Source of the DNA: a virus
Lineage: Duplodnaviria; Caudoviricetes
DNA: 38,979 nt
Direction: 5' to 3' (one strand)
IMG/VR virus record: IMGVR_UViG_3300027785_000054
Coordinates: 1-38,979 of that record
Shown: positions 15,411 through 26,400 of the stretch, piece after piece
Layout: each line of letters starts with the position of its first letter
Numbering within the stretch: the stretch's first letter is position 1
The notes under the pieces: model-generated
What the model saw: the letters and a program-made list of their open reading frames with translations, nothing else
Database searches by the model: none
Told to the model about the DNA's origin: nothing
Made by a program: the position numbers and the translations under genes

Positions 15411-16724
15411 ATGTTTGTAGCAATTGCAGGACTCATAGGGAATTCAGTGCAAATTGTTTGCCCTGACTATGGGACTGTAATTAGTTCAATTTGCTCTGGT
15501 CATTCTGGACACAACTCTGGAAGTGAAAATTATTATGACGCTAATGGCACTTTGTATAGTGGTATGTATACCTCTTGGAATGAAATTGCCGATGGCTACT
15601 GTGGGTCTTTTTGGGAAAACCAAGGAAATGGTATTAATGGGTGTTATTGGCCTTACGGATTTGTTTTAAATAATTTCGGGGGAGACCAATATGTTAACTG
15701 GAGTGGCTGTAACACTAATGGTGATTTTGGTCCTTGGCGTTACGACTCTGGAACCGAATACGCAGACGGAAATGGTGGCTCCTTTAGTTCTAACTTTAGC
15801 GGATTGTATAATCCTCCTTATGACGGAGACATGATTCATGACGGCGGTTGCTGTCAGGTATTCTATGTTGCGGATGGCAGTTATGTTGTTAACGACAATT
15901 GCAACCCCTGTCCCGATATCAATACCCTACTAGACTCAAATTTGACCGCAAGCCTGTATGTTGATACTGGGTGTGGAAGTTGGCCTAACGGCTCATATAG
16001 TTATGACCTTTACGCCGATGGCAACTGTGGAACATTTGAATCTGTAAATTACCATGAGTATCCTCCAGCACTTGACCAGTATGGACAGAATAACTATGCA
16101 GGAAACTGTAATTGTTATAACTATTACTATGACGGCAATGGTGGTCTCTGGCAGAACGGATACACTTGCGGAGGTTGCACTAGTGCTGGAACTGTAGTTA
16201 ACAGCGGAAGAGAAGATGTGTATATTGATGTTGGTTGCGGTTCGTGGTATCTTGGATACTACGACTACAACGATGTTGCTGACGGAAACTGCGGGACAAA
16301 TCGAGAACAAACAGGGTCTTGGTATCCTTCATACGGAACATCCTTAGGAACTTGTAACGACACAAATTATTTCTCTGACGGAATGGGATGGTATTACACT
16401 GAATCTGCATGCGAAAGCCCATTCCTTCATGTTGGAGAACCCGACTGGTCTTACGATGGATGCTATTGGCATTATACCACCCCGCCACCTCCTTGTGACC
16501 CTGACGGCACTGTGTATTCCTATAACAATACACAAGACTACTATGTTGACGCTGGCTGTGGGGACCTTTATGTAGGCTATCAGGAATACAGTAGTGTTGC
16601 CGATGGCTGGTGCGGAACAAGACAAGAAATAACAGCCTCATACTGGCTCGCTCAAGGAACTGTTGTTGGTGAGTGTAGCGGAACAACTTGGTACTCCAAT
16701 GGAGACGGAACAATTTACAGTTAA
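15411..16724 (+). CDS. Cys/Tyr/Gly-rich repeat protein, putative fibre-tip adhesin
   Basis: 437 aa immediately after the fibre gene; 24 Cys, no Lys; ADGxCG repeats. Function inferred from position. Confidence 0.6.
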   Translation: MFVAIAGLIGNSVQIVCPDYGTVISSICSGHSGHNSGSENYYDANGTLYSGMYTSWNEIADGYCGSFWENQGNGINGCYWPYGFVLNNFGGDQYVNWSGCNTNGDFGPWRYDSGTEYADGNGGSFSSNFSGLYNPPYDGDMIHDGGCCQVFYVADGSYVVNDNCNPCPDINTLLDSNLTASLYVDTGCGSWPNGSYSYDLYADGNCGTFESVNYHEYPPALDQYGQNNYAGNCNCYNYYYDGNGGLWQNGYTCGGCTSAGTVVNSGREDVYIDVGCGSWYLGYYDYNDVADGNCGTNREQTGSWYPSYGTSLGTCNDTNYFSDGMGWYYTESACESPFLHVGEPDWSYDGCYWHYTTPPPPCDPDGTVYSYNNTQDYYVDAGCGDLYVGYQEYSSVADGWCGTRQEITASYWLAQGTVVGECSGTTWYSNGDGTIYS

Positions 16725-16728
16725 TACT

Positions 16729-16959
16729 ATGACAACACTAAAGAAAATCGAACTTCCACTTGGATGGAATGCCCTCATTAACGAAGAAGCCAAGACAGCC
16801 CTTGTCATTGGTGAATACAAACAAATCGCAGAGGCTAACACGGCCCTCACGCTTCTTAACAAGCCTACGCAAGAAGAACTTAAGTCTGCCATAGAAGCGG
16901 CTGGCCTTAAGGTTCTTCAGTTTGTTAGAACTGTGCCGCCTGTTCCTACAAAGAAGTAA
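16729..16959 (+). CDS. Small hypothetical protein, possible fibre assembly factor
   Basis: 76 aa from ATG 16729, fitting between the flanking genes. Confidence 0.6.
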   Translation: MTTLKKIELPLGWNALINEEAKTALVIGEYKQIAEANTALTLLNKPTQEELKSAIEAAGLKVLQFVRTVPPVPTKK

Positions 16960-16960
16960 G

Positions 16961-19321
16961 ATGCCCAACGCTAATCGTGGATTGGATGGTGACAATGGTT
17001 TCTACGGAGTAGATACTAGGGCCAACCCTGCCACGCTTAAGGCTGGAATACTTCAGGATGCTAACAATGTTCGCATGGATTTGCAGACATTGCAGGTTCG
17101 CAAAGGCATTAAAAGACTTCTTGAAACAGGCACTACCGCAACTATAGGTAAGATATACGGCACTGGTGTATATGTAACCGCTACTGGTGCTGAAAAGATT
17201 ATTATTGTTTGCCAGACAGGTCTATACACATACGACATAGCATCTGGTGCTATCTCATATAAGTACGAATATCCTTACAACAACATAGGTAATACAAAGT
17301 TTTACAGGTCAGTAAGGAAAGAACAGACGCAGGTCATACAAGCCGCAAACAAAGTTTACATTCTTCGTGGAGAGACTGAAAGATATATAAATGGAAATGG
17401 CACTATTGGGCAAAGAGTTGTCGCAATACATAACTCAACTACTGTTACTGTTACCTCCAATGTTCCTCATGGGCTTTCTGTTGGAGATGAGTTTGTTATT
17501 GAAACCGACCATGATTGGCTTAACGGACCTACGGCTGGTAAGAATTTTTTAGTTAAAACTGTTCCTGATTTAAACTCCTTTACATATACATTATCAGTTG
17601 GTGCTTCAGCGAATCACACTGGTGCTTATGTGATACAGGTAGCAAAACCAGTTCTTGAATTTGATGGCAACGCAGTCAATGTAGTTACACAAGGAACCAT
17701 TGATGGAACTGTGCTTGGAGGAACCTCTCCGACTTCTTGCTCCTTCCCCCCTACTAGCAATGCTGTATATCATAAAAACAGACTCTATTGCAAATACAGC
17801 AGAGACGAAATAGCGGTTTCCGACTACCTTTCTGATATTAATGGAGACTGGGTCTTTGACCTTACGATACAGGCTCTTACAATCAATCAAGGAGACGAGC
17901 AGGAAATAGTAGGATTCTATCCTTGGACTAGAGATGAAATTCTTATTTTTAAAACTAACAGTATTTATACCGCAAAGTTTGCAGACAACACATCTTCTCC
18001 AGATGTAATTCTTGCTGAGTCTTATGTGCGAAGCCTTACCTTTGACTTGGGCTGTGTTGCTGGCAAGAGCGTAGCAAATGTTGGTGGCCTTGTTTTTTTC
18101 CTATCTAGCAAGGGCGTGTATGCTCTTGAGCCGCAACTAGACACTAACCTGCTTTCAAATACGCAACCGCTCTCCTTGGGCATACAGAGGTACATTGACA
18201 GAATCAATCAGAACTATGTGCATAAGGCAGTTGGTATAGTTTACGCTGGAAGGTATTACCTAGCCGTACCCATGGATGGAAGTTCTGACCTTAACTTTAT
18301 TTTTGTCTACAACCTTAACAATAAGCAATGGGAGTCCATTGACACATACCCAATTAATGTAGCCTCCTATACTAATGTTGACTTTCTGTCTCCTTATGCA
18401 ATTTGGCAGGGAGATACTAGTGTTACCTCGCTTTATATAACCTACGACTGGGATGCCAATGCTTCTGGTAGGACTTCCAATGAAACTATGTTGAGTGCGG
18501 GTGGCTACATCAAGATAGGCGATATAAACGCTGGATACTTCCCATACAAGACTGGACTTAAACAGGGAGACCAACTTGCCCTTGGCTCTACATCGGAGTC
18601 TTGGAACGCTATTGACTTCCAGTTGCTACCAGAGGCTGGAGTTTACAAGATTATTGAGATAATTGACAACGGCATAGAGGTTCCTAATGTAGAAGTCAGA
18701 ATTCAGGGAAGAATTAGAACTGAATTAAGCGAGGCCCCCACTTCTGACATTGGAATTGTTGGCATTGGAAGCCTTGAATGGTCCTCAATAATGTCCTTAA
18801 ACCTTCAAAACATGTTTACGGCTACAAATATTAACGAAAGACGGCTGTTTACAGTTGACGGCAGTAGCGGACTCTTCTTAATGGAGGAACTTGATTCTGA
18901 CGAGTTTGGAGAGGCTGTAGGAAGTATCTCTTTTGCCAATTATACAGACAGGGGTATCCCTTTTGAGTTCAAATTCAAGTCTTCTTCATACGAATCTAAA
19001 CAAATACAAGGCTATGCAAAAACAAGACGATACGAGTTCGGTTCTTTACAAGACAAAAGATTTTCTACGCTCACTGTTGACATGGACTTCCCAGAAGTTG
19101 GAAGTCTTCAAACAGCGGTTTACTCTTATAATCCAGACTCTTACAAGGTTCTTGACGCAACTTCCGCTTACAGTGCAGAAGATAAAACAAACACTTTCCC
19201 AGTTAGGAAAGTAGCAGTTGGACTGGATGTTGAGTTTAAATCTATTGACGGAAGACCTATAATCAGGTCGGTACTAGTAGAGGCAAATCCGACTGGAAGA
19301 AACATCAAAAACAAAGACTAA
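16961..19321 (+). CDS. Tail nozzle / tail tubular protein B-like (P22 gp10 / T7 gp12 analogue)
   Basis: 786 aa from ATG 16961; beta-propeller-like pattern (N-terminal GFYG...ANNVR...RKG, GCVAGKSV, VFFLS..GVY, YYLAVP, IFVYN...WES). Confidence 0.75.
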   Translation: MPNANRGLDGDNGFYGVDTRANPATLKAGILQDANNVRMDLQTLQVRKGIKRLLETGTTATIGKIYGTGVYVTATGAEKIIIVCQTGLYTYDIASGAISYKYEYPYNNIGNTKFYRSVRKEQTQVIQAANKVYILRGETERYINGNGTIGQRVVAIHNSTTVTVTSNVPHGLSVGDEFVIETDHDWLNGPTAGKNFLVKTVPDLNSFTYTLSVGASANHTGAYVIQVAKPVLEFDGNAVNVVTQGTIDGTVLGGTSPTSCSFPPTSNAVYHKNRLYCKYSRDEIAVSDYLSDINGDWVFDLTIQALTINQGDEQEIVGFYPWTRDEILIFKTNSIYTAKFADNTSSPDVILAESYVRSLTFDLGCVAGKSVANVGGLVFFLSSKGVYALEPQLDTNLLSNTQPLSLGIQRYIDRINQNYVHKAVGIVYAGRYYLAVPMDGSSDLNFIFVYNLNNKQWESIDTYPINVASYTNVDFLSPYAIWQGDTSVTSLYITYDWDANASGRTSNETMLSAGGYIKIGDINAGYFPYKTGLKQGDQLALGSTSESWNAIDFQLLPEAGVYKIIEIIDNGIEVPNVEVRIQGRIRTELSEAPTSDIGIVGIGSLEWSSIMSLNLQNMFTATNINERRLFTVDGSSGLFLMEELDSDEFGEAVGSISFANYTDRGIPFEFKFKSSSYESKQIQGYAKTRRYEFGSLQDKRFSTLTVDMDFPEVGSLQTAVYSYNPDSYKVLDATSAYSAEDKTNTFPVRKVAVGLDVEFKSIDGRPIIRSVLVEANPTGRNIKNKD

Positions 19322-19322
19322 A

Positions 19323-20171
19323 ATGGCACAACTATCTAAAGGTACTAATTATACCGCAACAGGGGACATGTCCTTTGTTACTCACACTAACCTTAATGCA
19401 CATGTAAGCAACGCTAAGTTGATTGGCGGGGCCATAGGCGAGCAAATTGCTAATGCTGTCTCAACGGATGACGACCTTCTTTTGGTTAAGAAAGGCGATG
19501 ACCTATTTAAGCAGACAAAGGGCCAGTTTACAAACACTATAAACTCTAATGTTGCGAACATTAATACAGTTAACGCCTCACTTATTGACGCTGACTCTGT
19601 AGAGACAGTTGACGCTATCGTTGCTGAAGACCTTTCTGTTGGCGGGGATGCCTCAGTAGTTGGAGGTCTTGCTGTAACTGGTGCAACAACTCTTAGCGTT
19701 CTTACAGTTAATGGAAAAACGCCAGTCTATGTCGGAGATTCTACTTTCAGTGAATCAGTAGCCAAAATTCCATTTCCTGTCTTTTCTAGTTTCTCTCAAA
19801 ATCTTTGGGCGAGCCCAGCAATTACTGTTCCAGCAGGTGAAACTTGGACTTATCAAGTTCATTGCCACATGGCGGCTGACAATAACGGAGGAAACACAAG
19901 GCCAGAAACTGTTATAAGACTTCTTCTTGATGTTGGGGCTACGACCTTGGATTCGCAGACTGTTTCTTTCGGTGCTTTTGGTTCTCCTTTTGGTGGATTT
20001 GCTGGTGTTGCTAAAGTTACATCAGAAAATACGCCTACTCCACAGATAGTAAGACTTAGAACAGTTCCATATGGGGCTCGTAGCGGCTGGGTCAGTGCTT
20101 ATTGCTCACTGGTTGTTCGTTTGACCCGTCAAAAAACATCCGACCTTCAAAACAACAATCTTTATATTTAA
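19323..20171 (+). CDS. Tail protein (needle or short fibre-like)
   Basis: 282 aa after the nozzle; beta-helix-like middle (LSVGGDASVVGGLAVTG) and a C-terminal beta-sandwich-like domain. Confidence 0.6.
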   Translation: MAQLSKGTNYTATGDMSFVTHTNLNAHVSNAKLIGGAIGEQIANAVSTDDDLLLVKKGDDLFKQTKGQFTNTINSNVANINTVNASLIDADSVETVDAIVAEDLSVGGDASVVGGLAVTGATTLSVLTVNGKTPVYVGDSTFSESVAKIPFPVFSSFSQNLWASPAITVPAGETWTYQVHCHMAADNNGGNTRPETVIRLLLDVGATTLDSQTVSFGAFGSPFGGFAGVAKVTSENTPTPQIVRLRTVPYGARSGWVSAYCSLVVRLTRQKTSDLQNNNLYI

Positions 20172-20174
20172 TTT

Positions 20175-21200
20175 ATGGCTGACTATGATTCTGTAGGTGG
20201 CGGGGCTTCTGGAGCCGCATCTGGTGCTATGTCTGGTGCTATGGCTGGGGCTTCTTTTGGCCCTATTGGCATGGGAATCGGTGCTGTCCTTGGTGGTTTG
20301 TTTGGCTCTAAGAAGACTAAGGTTCCCAAGCCTCCTACTTACAGTCAGATGATGAACACCAACCTTGACGCTCAGGAAGGCATTCAGGGCAAACTTCTTG
20401 GCCTAGAATCTACATGGAGACCTAAGTATCAGGGTCTTCAGGAGGAAACGCTTAATAGACAACTTTATGGTGGCGATGGAACTCAAGGTTACATCTCTAT
20501 GCTTAACCAGTCTAACACTGCCCTTCAGGGCGTTCAGGGTCAGGCTGGTGCTGGCTACATGAATACACTTGGTGGCCTTACTGGTCAGGCAAGAGGTCTC
20601 ATGCAGTCTCAAGGTGCGGCTCAGATGCATAATAGTCTTATGGGTCAGGCCCAAAGCGACCTTGCTCTTGGCACTGGACTTAATTTTCAAGACCAAAGAC
20701 AGGCATTCCAGACAGCCAATCAGGCTATGGCTATGCGTGGCATGAGCGGAAGACAAGGTGTTGCCGCTGGAGTTCTTTCTAATTATGGCATGGGTCTCCA
20801 GAGACAGGCTCAGAGAAGACAATTTGCTGGTGGAATGCTAAGTCAGGATTCTGCCCTTCAGGGTGCGGCTCTTCAGATGGCTGGCGGTGCTATGGCTCAA
20901 TATGGTGCTGGTGGTCAGTTAATGGGTCAGGCTAACACAATGCTTGGTCAGTACCAGCCTCAGATATTCCAGCCTGAATCCGCTATGGGTACACAGGCTC
21001 AGGGTATGCAGTACCAGCATGGTATGGGTATTGCTAAGGCTGGCATGCAACAGCAACAGCAACTTATGAGTTCGCTTGGTTCCTTTGGTTCCTTTGCGGC
21101 ACAAAACCCTAACATGTTTAAGTTTGGTGGGACACCTCCTATTTCTGGCTCTGGTGGAGTGGGAAGCACTTGGAATCCTAACACCTTGATGCACGAATAA
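20175..21200 (+). CDS. Internal virion / DNA ejection (pilot-like) protein
   Basis: N-terminal glycine zipper GAMSGAMAGASFGPIGMGIGAVLGGLFGS; Gln/Gly/Met/Ala-rich helical body; first of three ejection-position genes. Confidence 0.65.
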   Translation: MADYDSVGGGASGAASGAMSGAMAGASFGPIGMGIGAVLGGLFGSKKTKVPKPPTYSQMMNTNLDAQEGIQGKLLGLESTWRPKYQGLQEETLNRQLYGGDGTQGYISMLNQSNTALQGVQGQAGAGYMNTLGGLTGQARGLMQSQGAAQMHNSLMGQAQSDLALGTGLNFQDQRQAFQTANQAMAMRGMSGRQGVAAGVLSNYGMGLQRQAQRRQFAGGMLSQDSALQGAALQMAGGAMAQYGAGGQLMGQANTMLGQYQPQIFQPESAMGTQAQGMQYQHGMGIAKAGMQQQQQLMSSLGSFGSFAAQNPNMFKFGGTPPISGSGGVGSTWNPNTLMHE

Positions 21201-21203
21201 TTT

Positions 21204-23414
21204 ATGCCTATCTTTGGACAATATGGTGGTGGAATGGGCTCTGACTTTAATGTCGGAGGCAACATGAAAGATGTTCTTGCCGAACAGAACAAGACACATC
21301 AATCAATGCTTGATGCCGTTGCTAAATACAATGGTGCTAAGGAAGAGATGACTACCCTTCAGGGTCAGGTCGGCTCCGTCCTTGCCAACTACAAGGTTGA
21401 CGAAAACGGAAAGCCTGATGCTTCTGCTCCTAAGTATGTTCATGACCTATTTGGTGCTGTAAATAAGGAAGGTGGCGTTGCCAACCTTTCTAGAACGCAG
21501 ATGGCGGCTGGCCTTAAGGCTTACGAAACTGGCTTTGGCATTGAAGCCCAGAAGCAGAAACTGCGTAGCACACAACTTGCTAACGACATTACTGAACTTC
21601 AACTTCAGACTGCTCTTGAGGCTCAGAGGGATGCTAAACGAATTCGTGAGGCACAGAATAACCCTGAACTAAAAGCAGCAATTGACAAGTTGTCCAAGGA
21701 GAAGACAGTTGATAGCAAGGAAGTTATTCGCAGAGACAAGATTAATGGAGAAGTAGTTCAATGGACAGCGGCTGAAATGACTCCTCTGCTTGATAAACTT
21801 AAGGCGGCTAAAAGCGGTGGAGACAAAAAGGAAATTGCTGATGCAGAAGATGAAATTGGAAGACTGCTTCATTCTAAGACAAGCGTTGGCACTGAAGAGG
21901 TTGATGATGAATTTTCTGAAGAAGGCGGTGGCACTTGGAGCAAAAAGAAAAATGAGAAATTTAAGCCTTATATGTCTGCTAGGGATGCGGCTAAGGTTAC
22001 TAGCGTTAAGGCTGGAGAAGCACTTCCTGATGCTACATTTAGTGCATCTGCCCTTACTTCAATTTCCGAAAGAGAACTTAAAAAGTACAATCTAGCAACA
22101 GAGGGAACAGAGGCTAATAAACTTGCTCAATTAAGAATTGATGAAATAGCATTACAACCTAGGGGTATTACGACAAGACGAGCAAACCCAATGGTTATTG
22201 GTGATACAAAAACTGTTGATGTGTATAATAACCCCGCCGCAGAAGCGGTAAATCAAAGGGTTTCTATAATTGACCAAGAAATTGGGAAACTTAAGTCGGC
22301 TAATGCTAATGGCGTTCCTATATCGGTTTCATACGGAACTCCTCAACTTCCAGCACAACTTAGTCCCAGAGAAAAGAATGCTAATAATATCAAGATTAGA
22401 CTACTAGAGGCACAAAAGAAGCCTTTACTTGCTCAAATTGACGAGATTGAAAACGCTCCATTGCGTAATGCGGCAAGTGCAAAAAAGGCTGTTCAGGCTT
22501 ACACTGGCGGCGAAGAACAAGCATCTAAAGATTCTTGGAAGGATGTTGAAGGCATTGTTCAAAGAAAGTACCAAAAGACACTTGCTGAACAGACTGATGA
22601 CGAGTTTGCCATCATGACTAATTATTTCCAAACGACTGGTGGCGTACCTGCTACCTTTACCAAAGAGGCTTTCTATGCTTCTAAGGGCATCCAGCGTCCT
22701 ATGGTAGTTCCTGCTGGCTTTGGCTATGTGGCGGCTACTGGCCCTGACGGCAAGACTCACTTCCTCGCTGACAAGTCTATGGAATCCTCTCAATTAAGCG
22801 TCACAGACTCTCAGAAGATGTGGCAAGCAGGAGAGTTCTCTAAGTCTAGAAACCTTAACGGATTGACAGTTAATGGATACACCTTCCAAGGAGAAGTTCG
22901 TGTGGGTGACATTGACCAAGCCAACAAGGTTAAGGACGGCGTGTTCAAGACTACTAGAGCCTTGTCGGCCCTAGACTCCTTGATTGACATAGCCGAGAAT
23001 AAGTCAATGTTCAGCAAGTTGCTCCCAACTGAAGTCTCTGGTATTGCACAGGCACTTAACAATACAGTTCAGGCGGCTAATAGAACTGAAGTTGGTGGCT
23101 CTGGTGCATGGTCTAATCAAGACCAAATCAATCTTGATAAGATTATCCGTGACCCTTCTTCGGCTCACAATGTCATTTTCTCGTCTCAGGCCGTTGCTTC
23201 CCTTAAGGAGTATAGGAAGCGACTTGAAACTTCTATGGTTGACAGCGGGTCGATATATGGTTTCTCTTTTGAAAAGAGCGGTTCGCAGGGTAGCATGTCT
23301 GGGCAGATGAGCCAGTTCCGTATCAAGTATGCGGCTGGTTTGGCTAGATATAATGACCCCGCACAGGCTCTTGAATACGCAAAACAATCCCTGAACTTTG
23401 ATGCCTCCGAGTAA
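21204..23414 (+). CDS. Putative internal virion / ejection protein
   Basis: 736 aa, helical and charged, between the pilot-like and giant genes. Confidence 0.6.
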   Translation: MPIFGQYGGGMGSDFNVGGNMKDVLAEQNKTHQSMLDAVAKYNGAKEEMTTLQGQVGSVLANYKVDENGKPDASAPKYVHDLFGAVNKEGGVANLSRTQMAAGLKAYETGFGIEAQKQKLRSTQLANDITELQLQTALEAQRDAKRIREAQNNPELKAAIDKLSKEKTVDSKEVIRRDKINGEVVQWTAAEMTPLLDKLKAAKSGGDKKEIADAEDEIGRLLHSKTSVGTEEVDDEFSEEGGGTWSKKKNEKFKPYMSARDAAKVTSVKAGEALPDATFSASALTSISERELKKYNLATEGTEANKLAQLRIDEIALQPRGITTRRANPMVIGDTKTVDVYNNPAAEAVNQRVSIIDQEIGKLKSANANGVPISVSYGTPQLPAQLSPREKNANNIKIRLLEAQKKPLLAQIDEIENAPLRNAASAKKAVQAYTGGEEQASKDSWKDVEGIVQRKYQKTLAEQTDDEFAIMTNYFQTTGGVPATFTKEAFYASKGIQRPMVVPAGFGYVAATGPDGKTHFLADKSMESSQLSVTDSQKMWQAGEFSKSRNLNGLTVNGYTFQGEVRVGDIDQANKVKDGVFKTTRALSALDSLIDIAENKSMFSKLLPTEVSGIAQALNNTVQAANRTEVGGSGAWSNQDQINLDKIIRDPSSAHNVIFSSQAVASLKEYRKRLETSMVDSGSIYGFSFEKSGSQGSMSGQMSQFRIKYAAGLARYNDPAQALEYAKQSLNFDASE

Positions 23415-26400
23415 TAACACAGACCCTCTATTTCAGTCTTCAAAGGTCTTCCTTAACAAACAGGCACATCCTGTTGCTCCCGCTCAGATGCCTCAAGGCG
23501 TTGAACCTACCCCCAGACAGGGTGGCGGTTCTTATGCTGATGTTGCTAATGGTGGTGGAAGCAATAACACATGGTCTCAGTATGCTAATGTTGCCGATGT
23601 AAAGGGTCCAGCCTCCATGAAGGCTCAGAGCATTACTAGCCTTACAGACGCACAGTTGATGGAGGGCATTAACGCCCCCCTAAGTGGTGAAGAAGTTGCC
23701 ATGAAGATGGCAGAACTTCAGGCTCAAGGTATTGCTATCTCTCCTGAAAACATTTCTAAGGAAGAGTTTGCCGCTTACGACCCTTGGCGTGAGAAACAAC
23801 ACTTTAATTTCTGGGGTGCTGTTGGTGAAGGAGCCCTTATGGCTGGTGCTGACCTTGGCAAAGGCGTTGTCTCTGGTGTTACTGACTGGAAGAAGATGGG
23901 TCTTGCTGTTGGTCTTTCGGCTATCGCTACACCCGCTGTTGGCTTTGGTGTTGCCTTTGGTTCTACTGCTGTTGAAGGCTTTGCCAGAGGCACAAGAGAC
24001 CTTGGTGGCCTTGCTGTAATGGCGGCTAACCACCCAGGAAGTCCTATTTATCGCATGTTCGTAAATCCTACGAATGACATGGATAAGAAGTATGAAGACT
24101 TTTTAGACCTCGCTAAGTGGAATCACAGGTCTGAAGAGATTCTTGCTGGCAAAGCAAATGTGTTCATGCCTGAGCGTGAAACATACGAGAAACTTTTTGG
24201 TAAGACATTTGGCAATCAGGTTGAAGACTTTATTGGCGTTAACAAGGAACTGGCTACAGCCGCTTCCTACTTCCTAGACCCCACCTTATACCTCTCTATG
24301 GGAGGAACTGCGGCGGCTAGAGGAATTGCTGGGAAGGCAGGAGCCGCCGCTATTAAGTCTGGTCAGGCTGGCAATACGCTTGGTCATGCTGTTACTGCCA
24401 GAGCCGCTCGTAACGCATTTAAGGCAAGTTGGATGAACTCGCTTGGCGAAAACCTTGTTAAGTTTAGTGATGCTACAACCAAACCTATTGATGCAATGTT
24501 TGAATCAATTACAGACAACGCTTCTAAGGTTCTTGGTACTAAGGTTCACATTACCCCTAATGGACAGGGAAGAGCGGCTAGAGTTGCGGCTGGTCATGGT
24601 GGCACAAAGGGTCCGACCTCTCTTGTTCACTCTGCAATGGGTGCTGTCGGCATGTATTCTATTTTTAATATTCCTTACGCACTTCCTATTACTTCTGTCT
24701 ACGCTGGCCTTAAGGGCGTTGGCCTAGTTGGTGAAGCCATTATTGATGTTGGCATGAAAGGCATCCAAAACAGCGACACCGCTATTGCTAAGGCAATGAA
24801 AATGTCGTCTCCTCTTGCTATCTACATGAAAGACCTTGGTGAAACTACCATTAAGGGTGGTTTCTATGGCGGTGTTATTGGTGGCGTTGCTGGCGGTGAA
24901 GAGGGTGCGGCTGGTGGCATTGGTACTGGGATGGCTCTTGGAGCCTTAGGCCACAATATTGGCTATGCTTATGGCACTCTCAGTGGCAACTTTGCTAAGG
25001 AAGCCCTTTATAAAGAATTTGATGCACATGTCGGACAGTTGAGGGAAAAGGGACACTTGCTTAAACACGACCGAGTCCAAGAGTTTGTTACTAGAATTGC
25101 CAAGGACCATGGCTCTGAAGAGGCAACTAGGGCTATCGCACATATAATGACTCTTGAAAAGAGTAAGAATGTGTCCGTGTCGTACATGGGATATAAAGAT
25201 TTTGCGGCGGCTCTTGCTAATGATTCAAAGATGTGGCGTACAATCACGGACGCTCAGGGTAAGGAAACAAAGGTTCTTACAGAACTAGGCGAAACGATGA
25301 AAGGTGCGTTGGATAGATATGGTTCTTTTGAGGCTGATGTTGAAAAGATTAGACCTTCACCAGACTTTGTTGGCCCAATGCCTTCTGAAAAGATTGCGAT
25401 GCCGTCTCAGTCTTGGAATGGCATTTTTATGGGCAATGGCCCAGATGGTAAGCCGAACCAAAAGCCTGTTGCTATTTGGCAAGACGGAGAAAGCAGAAGA
25501 TGGCATATCATTATCAATACCGATAATGTTGCGGCGGCTAGAGACAGATTTGGCAATATAATTTTCGACAAGTATAAGGAAGAAGGTCCGAGACCTACTC
25601 AAAAGTTTAGAAACCCTGAAACAGTTCGTGTTGAAGGTCCGAGGGTTGATGTTACTGAAACGCTTCCTGCTGGAATCGACCAGTATGGAATTCCTCTTAA
25701 ATCTAAGAAGGAAAGAACTGTCGTAAAGATTTCTAAAAAGGACTTTGTTGGTCCTATGCCAGAAGTTAATGAAACTAGATGGTCTGAGGTTGAGATGCAG
25801 GGTCCGATGCCTGATGTTGAAAAACAGAGACCTAGACTTGTTCAGGCTAGTACTGCTCCCCTTGGAGAACTTTGGCATGCAATGAATGCCGCTTACAGAA
25901 GAGTCAACCATGGTGCTGATGTGGTTAACTCTGTTAAGGATTGGCTGATTGGTTCTGGTGGCAAGGCTGGCACTGCCTTTAAGGATAGGGCTGGAACTGT
26001 TAAGTTCATGCATGAAGTCTACCGAAAACTAAACGGCGGTCAGAGAGATGCGGCCTATGATGGCAACTGGAGAAAGGCCATTGAAGAATTTGAAAGAACT
26101 GGAAAGATTGAAACCCCTGAGGTTGCTGATGCCTTCCATGATTTTATTGAAGAACTTGGCGAGGCTATGTTCCTTGGCTACGAAAGCGGTAAGCCGTTTG
26201 ACTGGGTTCTTAAGGGTGGAGACTTGGGTTTTGCAAGAAACATGGTTGAGTCCGTTAAGGATGTTTGGCATAACCGAGTCCTCAGAGAAGCAACAAACCT
26301 TGGTGCTGATGTTAGAACGAGCAAGGCTTTCCTTGACTGGTTTAAGAAAACTAGGGATGATAAGAATTTTAAGTTCGACCCTATTATCGAGAACGCCTTT

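Noticed and set aside
15411-16724. Cys/Tyr/Asn-rich gene as a diversity-generating retroelement target
   Set aside because: No reverse transcriptase and no near-identical template repeat differing only at adenines was seen in the window.
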